Shown piece after piece: positions 1 through 29,043 of a DNA stretch of 64,000 nucleotides (position 1 is the stretch's first letter; every line of letters starts with the position of its first letter). Location: the NCBI RefSeq assembly GCF_009914755.1, contig NC_060940.1; one strand, given 5' to 3'. The DNA comes from the human T2T-CHM13v2.0 reference genome, Homo sapiens. Under the pieces are notes generated by a model. The model was given only the letters and a program-made list of their open reading frames with translations, had not been told where the DNA came from and did no database searches. The position numbers and the translations under genes were made by a program.

Positions 1-1102
1 TTTTCTCAGGCCTCTGACCCGAGAGGCAGCCAATTGTTTGGACTCTGGGCACTGCCAGCTGGGAGGGCTCAGGTCTCTGAAGGGCCCAAGGTCCTGGTGA
101 CAGCTGTCAGGTCTCCGGGGACAGCTGGGTCATCTCTCCAGCTCCCAAAGAAACACCAAGAAGCCCCTGCATGCCAAGGACACCACCCCTCTGGACCACT
201 GTGCCCCAGCTCTGACCACTGCAGTCCCATCTTCTCTGTGAGAGGGGGTGACAGAGCTCCAGTGCAGCCCAGGTTGGGGAGGTGGGTCTGCCAGGGACCA
301 GCTTAGGATTTGGAGAATCGGCCCTGGCCACCTGAAGGTCCGAACCTGGAGGAGAAGGACAAGGGGCCAGCCACACAGCCTGGGCAGGGGCCTCTGCTTT
401 CCACCTTTCAGACCCTGAGGGCAGAGTCCCGTGGGAGGGGACCCTCAGGGGGCCGGGGGCTGGCTGCCACAGCGACTTCCTCCTTCCCGCAGATCCCCAG
501 GCGTGCACAGCAGGCAGAAGCTGTGGGGGAGATCGCAGCGCCCGCTGTGTCCTCCCGGTGACCAGCTGTCACCTGAGCCCAGGGCGCCTGCCCCAGCAGC
601 CTGGTGTGTTTGCCAAGCCAGGGCTGGAGCTTCCTGGACCCGCCTACCCTGGAGGGGATGGAGCAGTGAAGGGCACCGGGCCAAGCGCTAGGCATCTGGG
701 GCTAAGGAGACAGAAGCCCGCGGTGCCCGTCCATGCGGGCCCTCTGCCCCAGCACCCACATCTCAGGACACCCCTTCCTCCCAGGTCTGGCGGTCCAGTT
801 TGGGGGTCACCGAGCTGGGGTGGTGTGCAGCCAGCAGAGGGGATTCAGGATCCCGGGGTGACTCCTGGCCCAGGCCTGTCACCCCACAGCTGGCTCCTGG
901 CCCCAAGGCAGCCACGGGCAGGGGTCGTGATCGGGGGCGGGACGGGGCCCGGACCTCCTGACCGCCCCCCACCCCCCGCCGAGCGGGGGTGTATTTGCAT
1001 GTCCCCGCCCCACGCACGGCATTGGCGGCGGCGGCGGGAGGCCGGGCCTGAGTGGCTGCGCGCCCGTGGAGCGGCGGGGGCGGGGCGCGAGCCGGGCGCC
1101 CG

Positions 1103-1109
<7 letters not shown>

Positions 1110-1142
<33 letters not shown>
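1110..1142 (+). repeat. (GCC)11 trinucleotide repeat in RAB26 5' region
   Basis: 33 nt pure GCC repeat read directly. Confidence 0.95.
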
Positions 1143-1143
<1 letters not shown>

Positions 1144-1243
1144 GGGGAAGGGTTCGGGTCCGGGTCGGGCTCGGCGGGCGCGGGGTGCGGGACGGCCCAG
1201 GGCACGGCGGCTGCAGCGGGAGCACACTGAGCGCCCGCCCGCC

Positions 1244-5882
<4,639 letters not shown>

Positions 5883-6580
5883 ACCTGGCTGAGCTCAGTC
5901 CTCTGGAGGAAGCCGCCCAGTCCCTAGAAGGCTGGACAGAGGGTCTCCAGGCCCTTCTGACTTTGTTGCCCAGTGGCCAACGCCCGAGTGTCTGTTTTCA
6001 GGAGCCCCAGGTCAAGCCTTGTCCCTTCCTCCTCCCAGCAACAGTCCCAACAAGCAGGCTTCTGAGAGCCCGTGGCCGCACACTGGCCGCCACGGAAAAG
6101 CAGTCTTCTGCACGGGACGGGGAGCGGCAAGTGGACAGACTTTGCCACGGTGCTCTGCTGCCCCCTCCTGGGCACGTCCAGGTGAGGGAGGGCTGGGGCT
6201 GGCACCACGCACAGTGCCTAACCCTAGAAAAGCCATGTCTTCAGCCGCACATGCTCAGGCAGCTAAGGGAGGACGCCTGCCCACGCCTGGGACAGAAGGC
6301 TTCACTGCTAATCACATCGTGCATCTGTGTGTCCTGGGAGCTGCCTGCTCCCGGCCCACCCTCTAGGAGGCTCTGGCTCAAACAGCAATAGGGTCTTCCT
6401 CACTGACCTTGGAGGATGCCTGTGGCCTTGTGATAAAATGTGGGAAATCACAGAAAACACCAGAAACAACAACTGCCAGCCCGGCCTGGCCACAGGTGAG
6501 GTCTGTGATTTCCGAGCACGCTCCACCTTGCACTCAACTTGGCCTTTTGATTGCACAAGCCTTTGTTTTCAGTCCTAGTG

Positions 6581-6586
6581 AATAAA
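6581..6586 (+). terminator. RAB26: RAB26 polyadenylation signal
   Basis: AATAAA about 700 nt after the stop, followed by GT-rich sequence. Confidence 0.85.
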
Positions 6587-6833
6587 GTTGTGTTTTCTGG
6601 AGCGTCTGTCTCATCTGTTGAAAAAAATCCACTTCTAGAGCAGGATGCTGGAGTTTGAGAGACTCAGCAAGGCCCAGAACCCTCAGCAGGTGTGTGGCTA
6701 CCATTCCTCCATGGCCCATGGCTGCCTCCCTAAGGAGGCACATGGGAACCCTAGGTGGTGTCAACTTCCCTCCACAAATCTCAAAAGCCTTTTTGGACTC
6801 ACCCTGGGGCAAAAGGCATGAAAAACAGTATTT

Positions 6834-7103
6834 GACTGGGCGTGGTGGCTCACACCTGTGATCCCAGCACTTTGGGAGGCTGAGGTGGGCAGATCACCTG
6901 AGGTCAGGAGTTTGAGACCAGCCTAACACGGAGAAACCCCGTCTCTACTAAAAATACAAAATTAGCCGGGCGTGGTGGTGGGCGCCTGTAATTCCAGCCA
7001 TTTGGGAGGCTCAGGCAGGAAAATCGCTTGAGGCGGAGGTTGTGCCATCGCACTCCCGCCTGGGAAACGAGCAAAACTCCGTCTCAAAAAAAAAAAAAAA
7101 AAA
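6834..7103 (+). mobile_element. Alu
   Basis: Dimeric Alu consensus with poly(A) tail. Confidence 0.93.
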
Positions 7104-7259
7104 ATCACGGGCAGAAATGGAGAAGGCAATCCCAAGAGATGAAAAGTCACTGGTAACGAGCTTCCGTTTTCATGTCTGTACCCTTTTCCAAGATTGCCTG
7201 TGGATCAGCCAGACCTCTGGGGTGCCAGAATAGGAAAATAAAGACACTTGAGAGAAAAC

Positions 7260-7820
7260 CGAATCAACTCACTACCTTTCTTTATTGCTAAGCACCTCAA
7301 TAGACACAGCGCCCACCTTACCGCTAGGCCCTCCGGATTGAGGTTTACTTAGGTTCAAAACTTGCAGCCGGCTCGCGACGAAACCTGAAAGTCAGCGCCA
7401 AAATACAGACATTAAGTCCCCACTCCTTCGTTTCGGGCAACACCTGTTTCCACTCTCAGCTCCCCGTCAGGAGTGCGCACCCTCAAGCCTCAGTCTTGCT
7501 AAATAATCAGACTGCACGTGCAGTTTTCATACGAGGTGTCAGAAGTCAAAGCAATTCATCACAGACTGGGAGAATAAGGGAACCCAAGCCCGGCCCAGTC
7601 TTACCTGCAGGTAGCTGAGGGCCTGAGATTCGGGAAGAAACCTTTAAACGCTAAGGGACAAAGTGGTGCGTAGGCCAGGCCTGGACGCCCAGGGACCTGG
7701 CCGGCCTGCAGCGTTCGGACGGCCCTCAAAGCCACGCTCGTGGCTCAGTTCGTCCCAAGATCGTAGCACATGGCGAACGTATTAACAAACCTCTTCCCCC
7801 TCGGACTCGACCCCGAAAAG
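7260..7820 (-). ncRNA. SNHG19: Two-exon snoRNA host lncRNA (exon 1 about 7820-7605, exon 2 7384 to about 7260)
   Basis: Minus-strand TATAAAA at 7850-7844, pyrimidine start CTTTTC at 7820, donor CAG|GTAAGA at 7605/7604, acceptor TTTCAG| at 7385/7384, AATAAA at 7286-7281; the intron contains SNORD60. Confidence 0.85.
7485..7567 (-). ncRNA. SNORD60: C/D box snoRNA U60, 2'-O-methylation guide for 28S rRNA
   Basis: 83 nt AGTCTGTGATGA...CTGAGGCTT; box C TGATGA, box D CTGA, terminal stem, internal palindrome ACTGCACGTGCAGT 7511-7524; + strand GAGGTGTCAGAA (7533-7544) matches 28S rRNA as recalled, so the RNA is antisense to it. Confidence 0.95.
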
Positions 7821-8240
7821 ACAGGGGCGGGCGAGGCTCAAGCTTTTATAGAAACTGTCCCACCTCTGTCATTGGGCTATCCTGGCGGAAGTGCCCGCCT
7901 TCCCCCGCCGCTGGTACGCTCCGCTCCCTGCCGCGTTGTTTCCACCAATCGTACCGTGGCATTTCTTTTGGAGACGGTCTCTCAGACCCAGACCCGAAGC
8001 TCCTCCCTTATGCAGAGTCCGTGAAGCCTAACGGTGAGTGACGGATGAACAAAGCCAATCAGACTTCGATCTGCAACATAGAGTGATTCTGAAGCTGCCA
8101 TTCCCGCCCCGCGACGACGAGGCCGCCGGAAGTCGTAGTTTCGGAAGTGCGGCGCGTGAGGCAGCCGTCCGGGCCCGGAGAGGCGGGGAACTACACGTCC
8201 CGGCGGGCGCAGCGGCCTGGCGCTTCCGGCTCGCGCGTCT
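7821..8240. promoter_or_regulatory. Bidirectional CpG-island promoter shared by SNHG19 and TRAF7
   Basis: About 420 bp between divergent first exons; CCAAT boxes (about 7871, 7944, 8055), ETS/GABP CGGAAGT sites (about 7886, 8127, 8142), ZNF143/THAP11-type ACTACACGTCCC 8190-8201. Confidence 0.85.
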
Positions 8241-8320
8241 AGTCCCTTTCCCGGCCGGCGGCCGAGGGGGCATCATGAAGCGGGCTGGCGGCGCTGCCGC
8301 TCCCGGGCGGCCGCGGGCGG
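8240..8320 (+). other. TRAF7: TRAF7 non-coding exon 1 (5' end approximate)
   Basis: Strong donor CGG|GTGAGT at 8320/8321 inside the CpG island; partner acceptor CCCACAG| at 16349/16350. Confidence 0.8.
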
Positions 8321-11300
8321 GTGAGTGTCCCCGCGGCGCGCCCGACCCGGGGCTCGCGCCTCGGGACCGCGCGGTGGGGCGGGATCGGGCGCGTGGAGAT
8401 CGAGGCGAGGCGAGGCGAGGCGAGGGGTCGGGCCGGGGCGGGGAGGGGGGGGCGGGGCTGAGACGGTCGGGGTCGGGGTCAGGGTCGGGGTCCGCGTCGC
8501 TGTCCGTCCGCCAGTCAGTAGTCCGTCCCTCGCTCCGTCCTGTTCTCGCGCAGTTCTTTACTCATTCCTTCTTCCTGCATTCCCCGAGACTCCCGGGTGC
8601 CAGGCACTGTTCTGGGCGCCGGGAGACCGCGGAGAACACGGTCCCAGTTCTCCTGTGCTCGGCGTCTGCTGCAGGGTTCCCCAACCTCCGCACCATCGAC
8701 CACGCGGCCCGGGTCGCTTTTTGCTGCGAGGAGCTGCCCTGTACATTGTAGGATGTGGAACAGCTTGCCTGGCTCCTGGCCGCTAGATACCAGTAAACAC
8801 CACCCCTTCCTCAATTGCGATAACAAATGTCTCCATGCATTGGCAAATGCCTCCTGCGGAACAACTCCCCCCATCCCCCATCTAGACAGACAGGGTGGTG
8901 GGATTGACAATAGGTAGTTAAAATCATGGGGAGCAGCGGTATGAGCTGTGAAAGAAAGAAAGAGGGTGCTGAAAAAGTGAGTACTGGCCGGGGGTAGGGG
9001 CGGCGCTACCGTTAGCCAAAGGCCTGTTGGAGAAGCAGCCAGTCCCAGGACATGCAGGAGGAGCATTCCAAGTAGAAAGAGCCAGATGTACATAGGCCTG
9101 GGGTGAGAAGGGGCCTGACGCACCCCAGCAAGCACTGGCAAGTGGAGAGGTGAAGTCGATGAGGCCGGACCAGGCTCACAGGGTGCATGGTGGGGGTGGG
9201 GCGGGGGGGTTATTATGCTGGCAAATGACTTGGGGTTGAGGAAGCGCTGGAGAGGCGGTCCGATCTAGGTCCAGTAAAGAGCTTTCTAACTGTGTGTGGA
9301 CCACAGACTTCAGAGTTCACTGGGGAAGCAGGAGAGAGGGAGGCTAGGCCATCGTCTCCTAGTCCCCACTGGGGTCCTGCTGTCAAGATACGGTTGTCTT
9401 GAGCCAGGCCAGAGTGGTCAGCTGGGGTTGAGTCTGGAGTCCAGGGGCAGGGGCCTGCTGGAGCCCACCCTGCTCTTGGGGGTGAGGGGCTGCTGGCTTG
9501 CTCAGGAATTTCATGCCGCCCAGCCTGTCTGCCCACCTTTCTCACTACCCCTCAGACCCCTTCCTGGGCACACACAGGCCCCCTAGCCCTCGCCAAGTGA
9601 GGAGCCTCCCTCTTCCTCATTCCTTCTCTTTGGGCCTCTCCCTTCCTAGACCCCTTCCCTGTGCCTCTCTGTTGCGAATATCCTGACTTCACTGTTCTGG
9701 GCATTCATAGTTCTCTGTGGAAGCCTCGGGCCCCGTGTCCTGAGGGGGAGCAGTGGTATGGGCAGCCTGGCCTAAGGAGGGGAGGGGCTGGGAGTCAGCA
9801 CCCCAACCTGACGCCCCAACCTGAGGGTCTCTGGTGAAGTGACTTCCACCGTGGCCCACTGGGGCCAAGTGTTACGATATTTCTGGAAGTGAATGGAAAA
9901 GTTCAGGGTCTTTGGCACCCACCGAAAAGTGCCTTTGGCAGATTGAGTGGCGATTGGTGGGGCTCCTGCCCCTCTGTCTGCCTGTGTCCCCCACAAGGCT
10001 CCTAGCTCCTCCCGGGTCAGATTCGTGTTCAGCCGTCACACATCCCCACCCTCCCGCATGGGGCCTGGCACCCCGTGGTTGGTGTGACTCTCGGCCAGCT
10101 GGTTGGACAAGGAATGAGCAGTTTGGGGAAAGGAGGAAGATGCAGTTGAAGAGCCTCCTGGCCAGGAGGCCTGGGCAGCCTGGCTCTGGGATGCAGCCAC
10201 TCCCCGGCTTGGCATGGGACTGGCTCAGGCGCTGCCGGGGCTCCTGGATGTGTGGCAGCCGTGGACGAAGCAGAAGGAATGTGACTCTGGTCACAGCGGC
10301 ACAGCCTGCTGGCTGTGTCCCTGGGCCGGCCTCTCCGCCTTCCTCAGCCTCCATGGTCCACTCAGCAGAGGAGCTGCTGTCTGGGGTGCCTTCACTCTTG
10401 ACGGATCCATCTTCTCTCGGCTCCTTCCAGACAGGGTTCTGGCTCTATTCCGTTTTTCGAGAAGCCCGAGGCCAGGAGGGCAGGTACACAGCTGTGAAGT
10501 GGTAGAAGTGGACTTTGAACCCAGCTCTGTCTGAGCCCAGTGCCTGTGGCCTTGACCACGGTGTCACAGCATCTCCTGGATGGACACCCTGCGGGGTCAG
10601 GGAGGGCATGTGGGGAGGGCCGAGAGCTGTTGGCTGCGTGTGTCTCAGTCCGGCCTTCTCAGTGGGTGGGCACCGAGGACTTCACCAGGCCCTCTGTGTG
10701 GATCATGCGGGGGGAACCTGTGGAGAGGGACCCACCAACCCCTTAGTCTTTGACAGATCCGCTGCTGTCCCCAGCCTTGCTCCCTGGAGGAGGAGGGTGC
10801 AGCCAGGTGGGGCAGGTGAAAGGGGAAAGCGGGCACTGGAGGCTGGGGCTGGTCACGTGTAGACCCGGACACCCTCACCCGGCTGGAGGAAGCCGGCTGC
10901 CTGGAAACTCGGGGTGGAGGTGACCCAACCCCAGAAGCACCCAGGTGGGAAGTAGGGGGCAGCGACGCAGAGGGCCAGGACTGAGGGCCGTGGGACGGTG
11001 TGGGAAAGGAGGTGGCAGTGCGGTGGCACGCTGGCATGAGGGCGCTGGGTGACTGAGGGGGTCAGTGGTCTCTGCCCTCACATTCCTGTTGCCTCTTCGG
11101 GCCCATGTATGGCCAGTGTTTATGTCAGCTCCCTGCTGCTGCAGGGCAGAAGGAAGGAGGGAGCCCGGGAGACCGAGCCACACAGGAAGCAAATGAGAAC
11201 ACAGCGTGGGACTGGGAAGCGTGGGCTCGGCGGGGGGGGGGGGGGGGACACTGCCACCCTTGGCTCTTGGGCAAAGCTCACGACCTGTTTCTGAGAGTCT

Positions 11301-12869
11301 GAGGCCCACTTGACTTGGGTGAGAGCCAGGAACGCACTCCCCAGCCCAGAGCTGTGAAGCTGGGGTCTCTTCCTGTGCCCCAGGATACTCTCCCCACTCT
11401 GGATCCCAGCAGCCTCATCCTCCAGGAAGCCCTCTGGACTTCCCCTCGACTGGGCCAGGTCCCCACACAATAGACAGCCATGAGATACAGGGGAAAAAAG
11501 GACTGAGAGATGTTGCCAGCCCCCAAGGGGTCGGAGGGGCAGCAAAAGGCATCCTTACTGTGAAGTTGGGGTAAAGCCTTGGCCGAGCTGTGGGGACCCC
11601 CTCCCTGGAGCAGAGGGAGATACGGACGCTGGAGAGGCTTGGCCAGGGCAAGACAGGCCTGGAGGCTGAGTGGATGCAGTAGGAGCAGAGCTGGGGGAGG
11701 AGTTCAGAGGCCTCTGCAGAGCTGGGGCTGTGGGTGTTGGGGGCAGGGACAGGCAAGGGGGTGCGCCGTGCTAGGAGGGAAGCGGGGCCAAGCCGGCCTC
11801 AGACCAGGGCCTGCTGGGGTTCTGAGGGGATCCTAAGGACCAAGGCTGGCAGAGGCCGGGGCACCCCAGGAGCCTTCGACGTCACACCCTGCCTATTTGG
11901 GATGGAAAAAACGTTCTAAGGGACGTCAGGGAACAGCGGCGGAAGTGCGTGTGGCTTTGCTATGGCAACCAGGCCTGTTTCTATAGAATTTAGCGGCCTG
12001 GGCTTGGGCCAGGGGGCTGAGGCAGGGGCTGGGCTGGGGCGGGCAGTCTGTGGGTGCCCTGGGCAGGCTCTGTGATGCCAGGGGCCACGCTCGGAGCTCT
12101 GGCCGCAGTCCAGCCAGCCGGCCACACACAGCCCTGTGGCAGGCGGGGCGGAGGCTTCTGGAGCCGTCCCAGGCTCCTCCCAGGGCAGTTGCAGGCCTCA
12201 CAGGCACACCCACCCATGGCTTGCGCCCCACACATGTTCAGGGGACCCCCACACCCCACCTGCTCCGGGTTGCTGGAGGAGCTGCTTTAAGGCCGGGCCT
12301 GGCCCGAGCAGGGAGCTGCATCTGGAAGCCCCCATCTCCCCCACTCAGCAGGGCCCCCCAGGCTGCTGCCAAGTGGGCGGGGACCCCTGACCCAGACCCC
12401 CTCCAGGTGTGTCTCCAGGGAAAGGGGTGGGTGTCCGCATCCCACATGCCCCCAGGGCGATGCCCCAGCAGAGCCCTCTAAGCCCAGCTTGTGGGAGCTA
12501 GGGAGGGGCTCCTGAGGGATTTGCCGAAGAGGGGCTGGGGTGGAGGCAGCGAGGCGCTGAGGAAGACTTCCACTTCCTTATTGCACAGTGGGTGCCCCCA
12601 GGGCCCCGGAATCCCTCCTACGTGAATGTGGGGTGGACAAAGACCCTGGGCCTGAATCCCAGATTCAGGCGAGGTCAGGGAGGGGCTGCCCTGCGTTGGC
12701 CCCAGCTGGAGGGGACGGTGGGGGGCCAATCCTGCCCTTCCCCTCTGCACGGTGCTGACCCACGCACCTCGCCCCTGAAGGTCAGCACTGGCCTTCCCCA
12801 GGGTGGATGCTGCGCTTCCTCAATGACTTTTCTCTTTCAAAGATCGAATACTCCTGGAGCATCCAGCAT

Positions 12870-13065
12870 GGGCAGTGTGGACGGGCAGGTGGTGTGGACG
12901 GGCAGGTGGTGTGGACAGGCAGGCGGTGTGGATGGGCGGGCGGTGTGGACGGGCGGGAGGTGTGGACCGGCGGGCGGTGTGGGTGGGCGGGAGGTGCTCG
13001 GGCAGGCGGTGTGGATGGGCGGGCGGTGTGGGTGGGCGGGCGGTGCTCGGGCAGGCGTGGTGGGG
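12870..13065 (+). repeat. G-rich 17-bp minisatellite (GGGCAGGTGGTGTGGAC-like), about 11 degenerate copies
   Basis: Repeat periodicity read directly in TRAF7 intron 1. Confidence 0.85.
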
Positions 13066-16000
13066 ACATGGAAGGGAGGGGTAGGGGGGCTGATGGGGAA
13101 AGCCCTTTCTCAGCCACTAGCTGCCCCCATGGCTTTTCCCGGTTTGGGAAGAGTCTCTCATTCTATGGAACACACCCCCACTTCCCCAGCACTGGGAACT
13201 GGAGGGCAGAGAGGCCAGAGAATTGAAGGGGAATTCTCACTCCGGTTGACAACTTCCTGCCCGGCCACCCCCCAGCCTCGATGACTGTGGGGTGGGGAAA
13301 GAGGCACTCTCCCTCTGGGGGGCCAGGGCATGCCCCCAGAAAAGCCTCCCAGCCATCAGGGGATGCTGAGCTATTGTGCTTTCCAGTTGTGGCCCAAGGG
13401 GTCCTCTCCCTACTGGGGAAACTTACTGCAAAACCCAGTCCCTGGGGACTGGGCTGAGGGGAGGCCTCGGGCATCTTGCTCAATTCCGAGGTGCGGGGAT
13501 GGATCCTGCCTTAGGGCGGGACACAAACGTTCCCTGGCCTCCAGCCCCAGGGTCCCGCCCGCCTCCATGTCCCTGGCTGGGGCTGAACACTGAACCCGAG
13601 TGAACTGGGAAGCAGCCTCCTGTGCAGAGTATCCCCCTCCTTCCCTCCCTCCTTCCGTCCCCCTCCCTCCCTCCGTCCCCCTGCTTCCCTCTGCCCCCTC
13701 CCTCCCTCCGTCCCCTCCCTCCTTCCGTCCCCCTCAGCTGGCGCTCGATGGGGTCTTGCGCACACCCCACAGATCCTGTGGTGTTGTCCCCGTGGCCCGG
13801 CTGCTGTTGGCCAGCTGGGACTTTCTGGCTGATTTGCACATTGCCCTGCGTGCCTTTCTGTTCACCTCACTTCAGAGTGAGGGGGAAGCCAGACAGTTGC
13901 TCTCCCAGACTGTGAGCAACAGGCACTGAGGCCAGCCCGACCCATCCCAGGGGAGTGCCTGCTGGGGTCCTGGCCACCTGGGCCCCCGGGCAGGCATCAC
14001 TGGCAGGGCTTGCAGCTGGCCCTGGGGCCCCGGAAGCTTGCAGTACAGGGAGCTGATGGGTTTGTAAAATGCAGGTCAGTGTCTCCTAGTGGCTGCCCGG
14101 TGATCCCCTCCCTGCTCCCAGAGGGCAGGAGCCAACCTGGGGCTCCCAAAAGGGCTGAACCTCCTGTGCCGAGTCATGGCGCCCTGCACTTCAGGCTATC
14201 AGGGCCTTACCCCAGCTGGGACATCCTCACCCCAAGCACAATGGCAAAAGGCAAGCCCTGGCCAGCTCTCCCCGACCTTCCTGCCGGGAGCTGCTGGAGA
14301 CGGGATAGACATGTGCCAGGGCAGAGCAGCCTTGTAGACACACCACGACCACACCTCTGTCCCAGGGCTGACTCCTCTGAGCCTGGCTGCAGGTGTGTGG
14401 CACTGCCCACACTCAGGAGCCCCTGCCTCTTCCACAAGAGAAGTCCCCCGAGAGCCTAGTCTGGGTCACACAGGGCCAAGCCCCTCGAGTCGCAGTGGGG
14501 CCTGGGGAAGGCCGAGGGAGGCTTTGGCCAGGCCCCATCTCCCGAGACCATGGGACGCAAAGATCAGGTGGGGCCAGGTAGCTCGTGGCGCTGCCAACTG
14601 CAGGGGCTGAGATGTCGGGTTGAGCCCGAGTCCTGAAGGCTGAGTGGCTCCAGGGTGGGTGGCCTTCCAGGTGGCATTGGAAGGGACAGGTGGGCCTGGG
14701 CAGCCTAGAGAATGGGAGAGGAGACAGCAGGAGTGGTAGACAGCCCAGGAGCTCAGGTGCAGGGAACCAAGGGCTTGAGAGCCAGCCCCTCCCTGCACAC
14801 CTGTAGGCCGGGCTGGGGGGCCCCAGGCCAGACTGTGGGCACGGTGGTGGGTGATGAGTGGCATCTTGAAGGCGCATGCAGGGCGGGCATGGCCAAAGGG
14901 ACCCAGTCAGGAGGGACTGATGGAGGAGGTACTGGAGCCAGCTGGGCTCAGTGATGCCCCCTGAGCTGTGCTCCTGCTGGGTGGGGGCAGAGACCAGCTC
15001 CGCCACTTTGGCCTGGGACTGGGACTGTCCTGCTCCTCTCAGGCCCCTGGGGCCTTGGTTTGCAGCCCGGCTTCCCCAGGGTGAGAGCAGGGCCGCAGGA
15101 GTGGGCTCCCTGCTGCTGCACCGCCCCCAGAGCAAGCTTGTTCTGAGGGCTCCTGCCTTGGGAGCTGAGCCCATGGTGTGTCCTCATGGGGTGCTGCGCA
15201 TGGGCCTCGAGGTGGACAGTGCAGGTGGGCCCGGGGCAGGAGTCCTGGGCACGTGGCCTTCCTCCCCACAGGGAGCTCAGCTTCAAGCCGGGGCTCGGCT
15301 GCGCTATCCGCTGCCAGCAGGAGACAGGGCTGTCCCAGCTGCATTCTGCCAGGCTCCTGGCTTCCAGGCTGCCCAAGTCCTGAAAGTGGGACCTGCTCGG
15401 GAGGAGGGGCGCCTGCTGACAGAGCCTGGTGCCTCACGGGGGGAGAGTGGGCGTCATCCAGCATGGACAGCCCCTTCCCCGGGCTCTGTCCTGGGTGTGA
15501 CCTGTTGGCTGGGTCTCTTTTTCTCTCTAATGTTTACCTTCCCCTACTGGTGTCCCTGGGCCTGGCCAGCACTCCCAGCACCCACGGAGGGGCCACGTCT
15601 CCCCCAGGCCCACCAGCCCCTCTCTTCTGGGGAGGGTGATTCCCGCATGCCTTCTCCCTGCCCCCCCACCCACCAGCCCCTGAGCCCCTGTGGCGTGGCT
15701 GGGAGTGTGGGTGACCTGCACGGGTTCCAGGGGCGGGCTCATCTCTCTCCTGTGCTTTTTTCCGTGCAGTGCGGTTTGTGTGGAGTTGGGCTCCGGTGAC
15801 TCACCCTGCAGGTTCTTTCTCTGGGGTGTGGCTGGTGTCTCCCCGCTGCAGCCTGGTGCTGGCTGGGTCCTGACCGCACCTGTCGTGGCAGGAAACACAT
15901 TCGTCGTGCCTTGGCTGGTCCCTGTGTGACTGCGTCCCGCCACGTGGGCCACACCCTGGGCCTACCCACCAAGGCCCAGCCTTGGCCCCAGGGACATTCA

Positions 16001-16384
16001 GCCTGGAGGTGACTGGCTGTGACTCAGGACCCAGAGGAGTAGAGGGAGCCAGGCAGGGGTCCCTCCACCTCGGGGAAGAGCTGGATGGGCTCTTCGGGAG
16101 CTCAGAAAGGCTAAGCCTTGAGGGACGGTGACGCAGAGCCGCCTGCCTGCCCGGGCCTCTGCATACCTGGGATCGGGGTGAAGGACCTTTGCCTCCTAGA
16201 GGCCTGCCTGAGCCGGGGCTGGTGGTTGGAAGGCTGCTGCGGCGGCCCCACGGTGCCCCACAGCAGGTCTGCACACTTGCAGCAGCCCGTCTGACTCACA
16301 GGGGCCTGGGCTCCATCTCTCAAGCCCCTCATTTGTGCTCCACCCACAGGAGGTGCTTCCCAAGGACCGTAGATGCCTCTCTAG

Positions 16385-29043
<12,659 letters not shown>

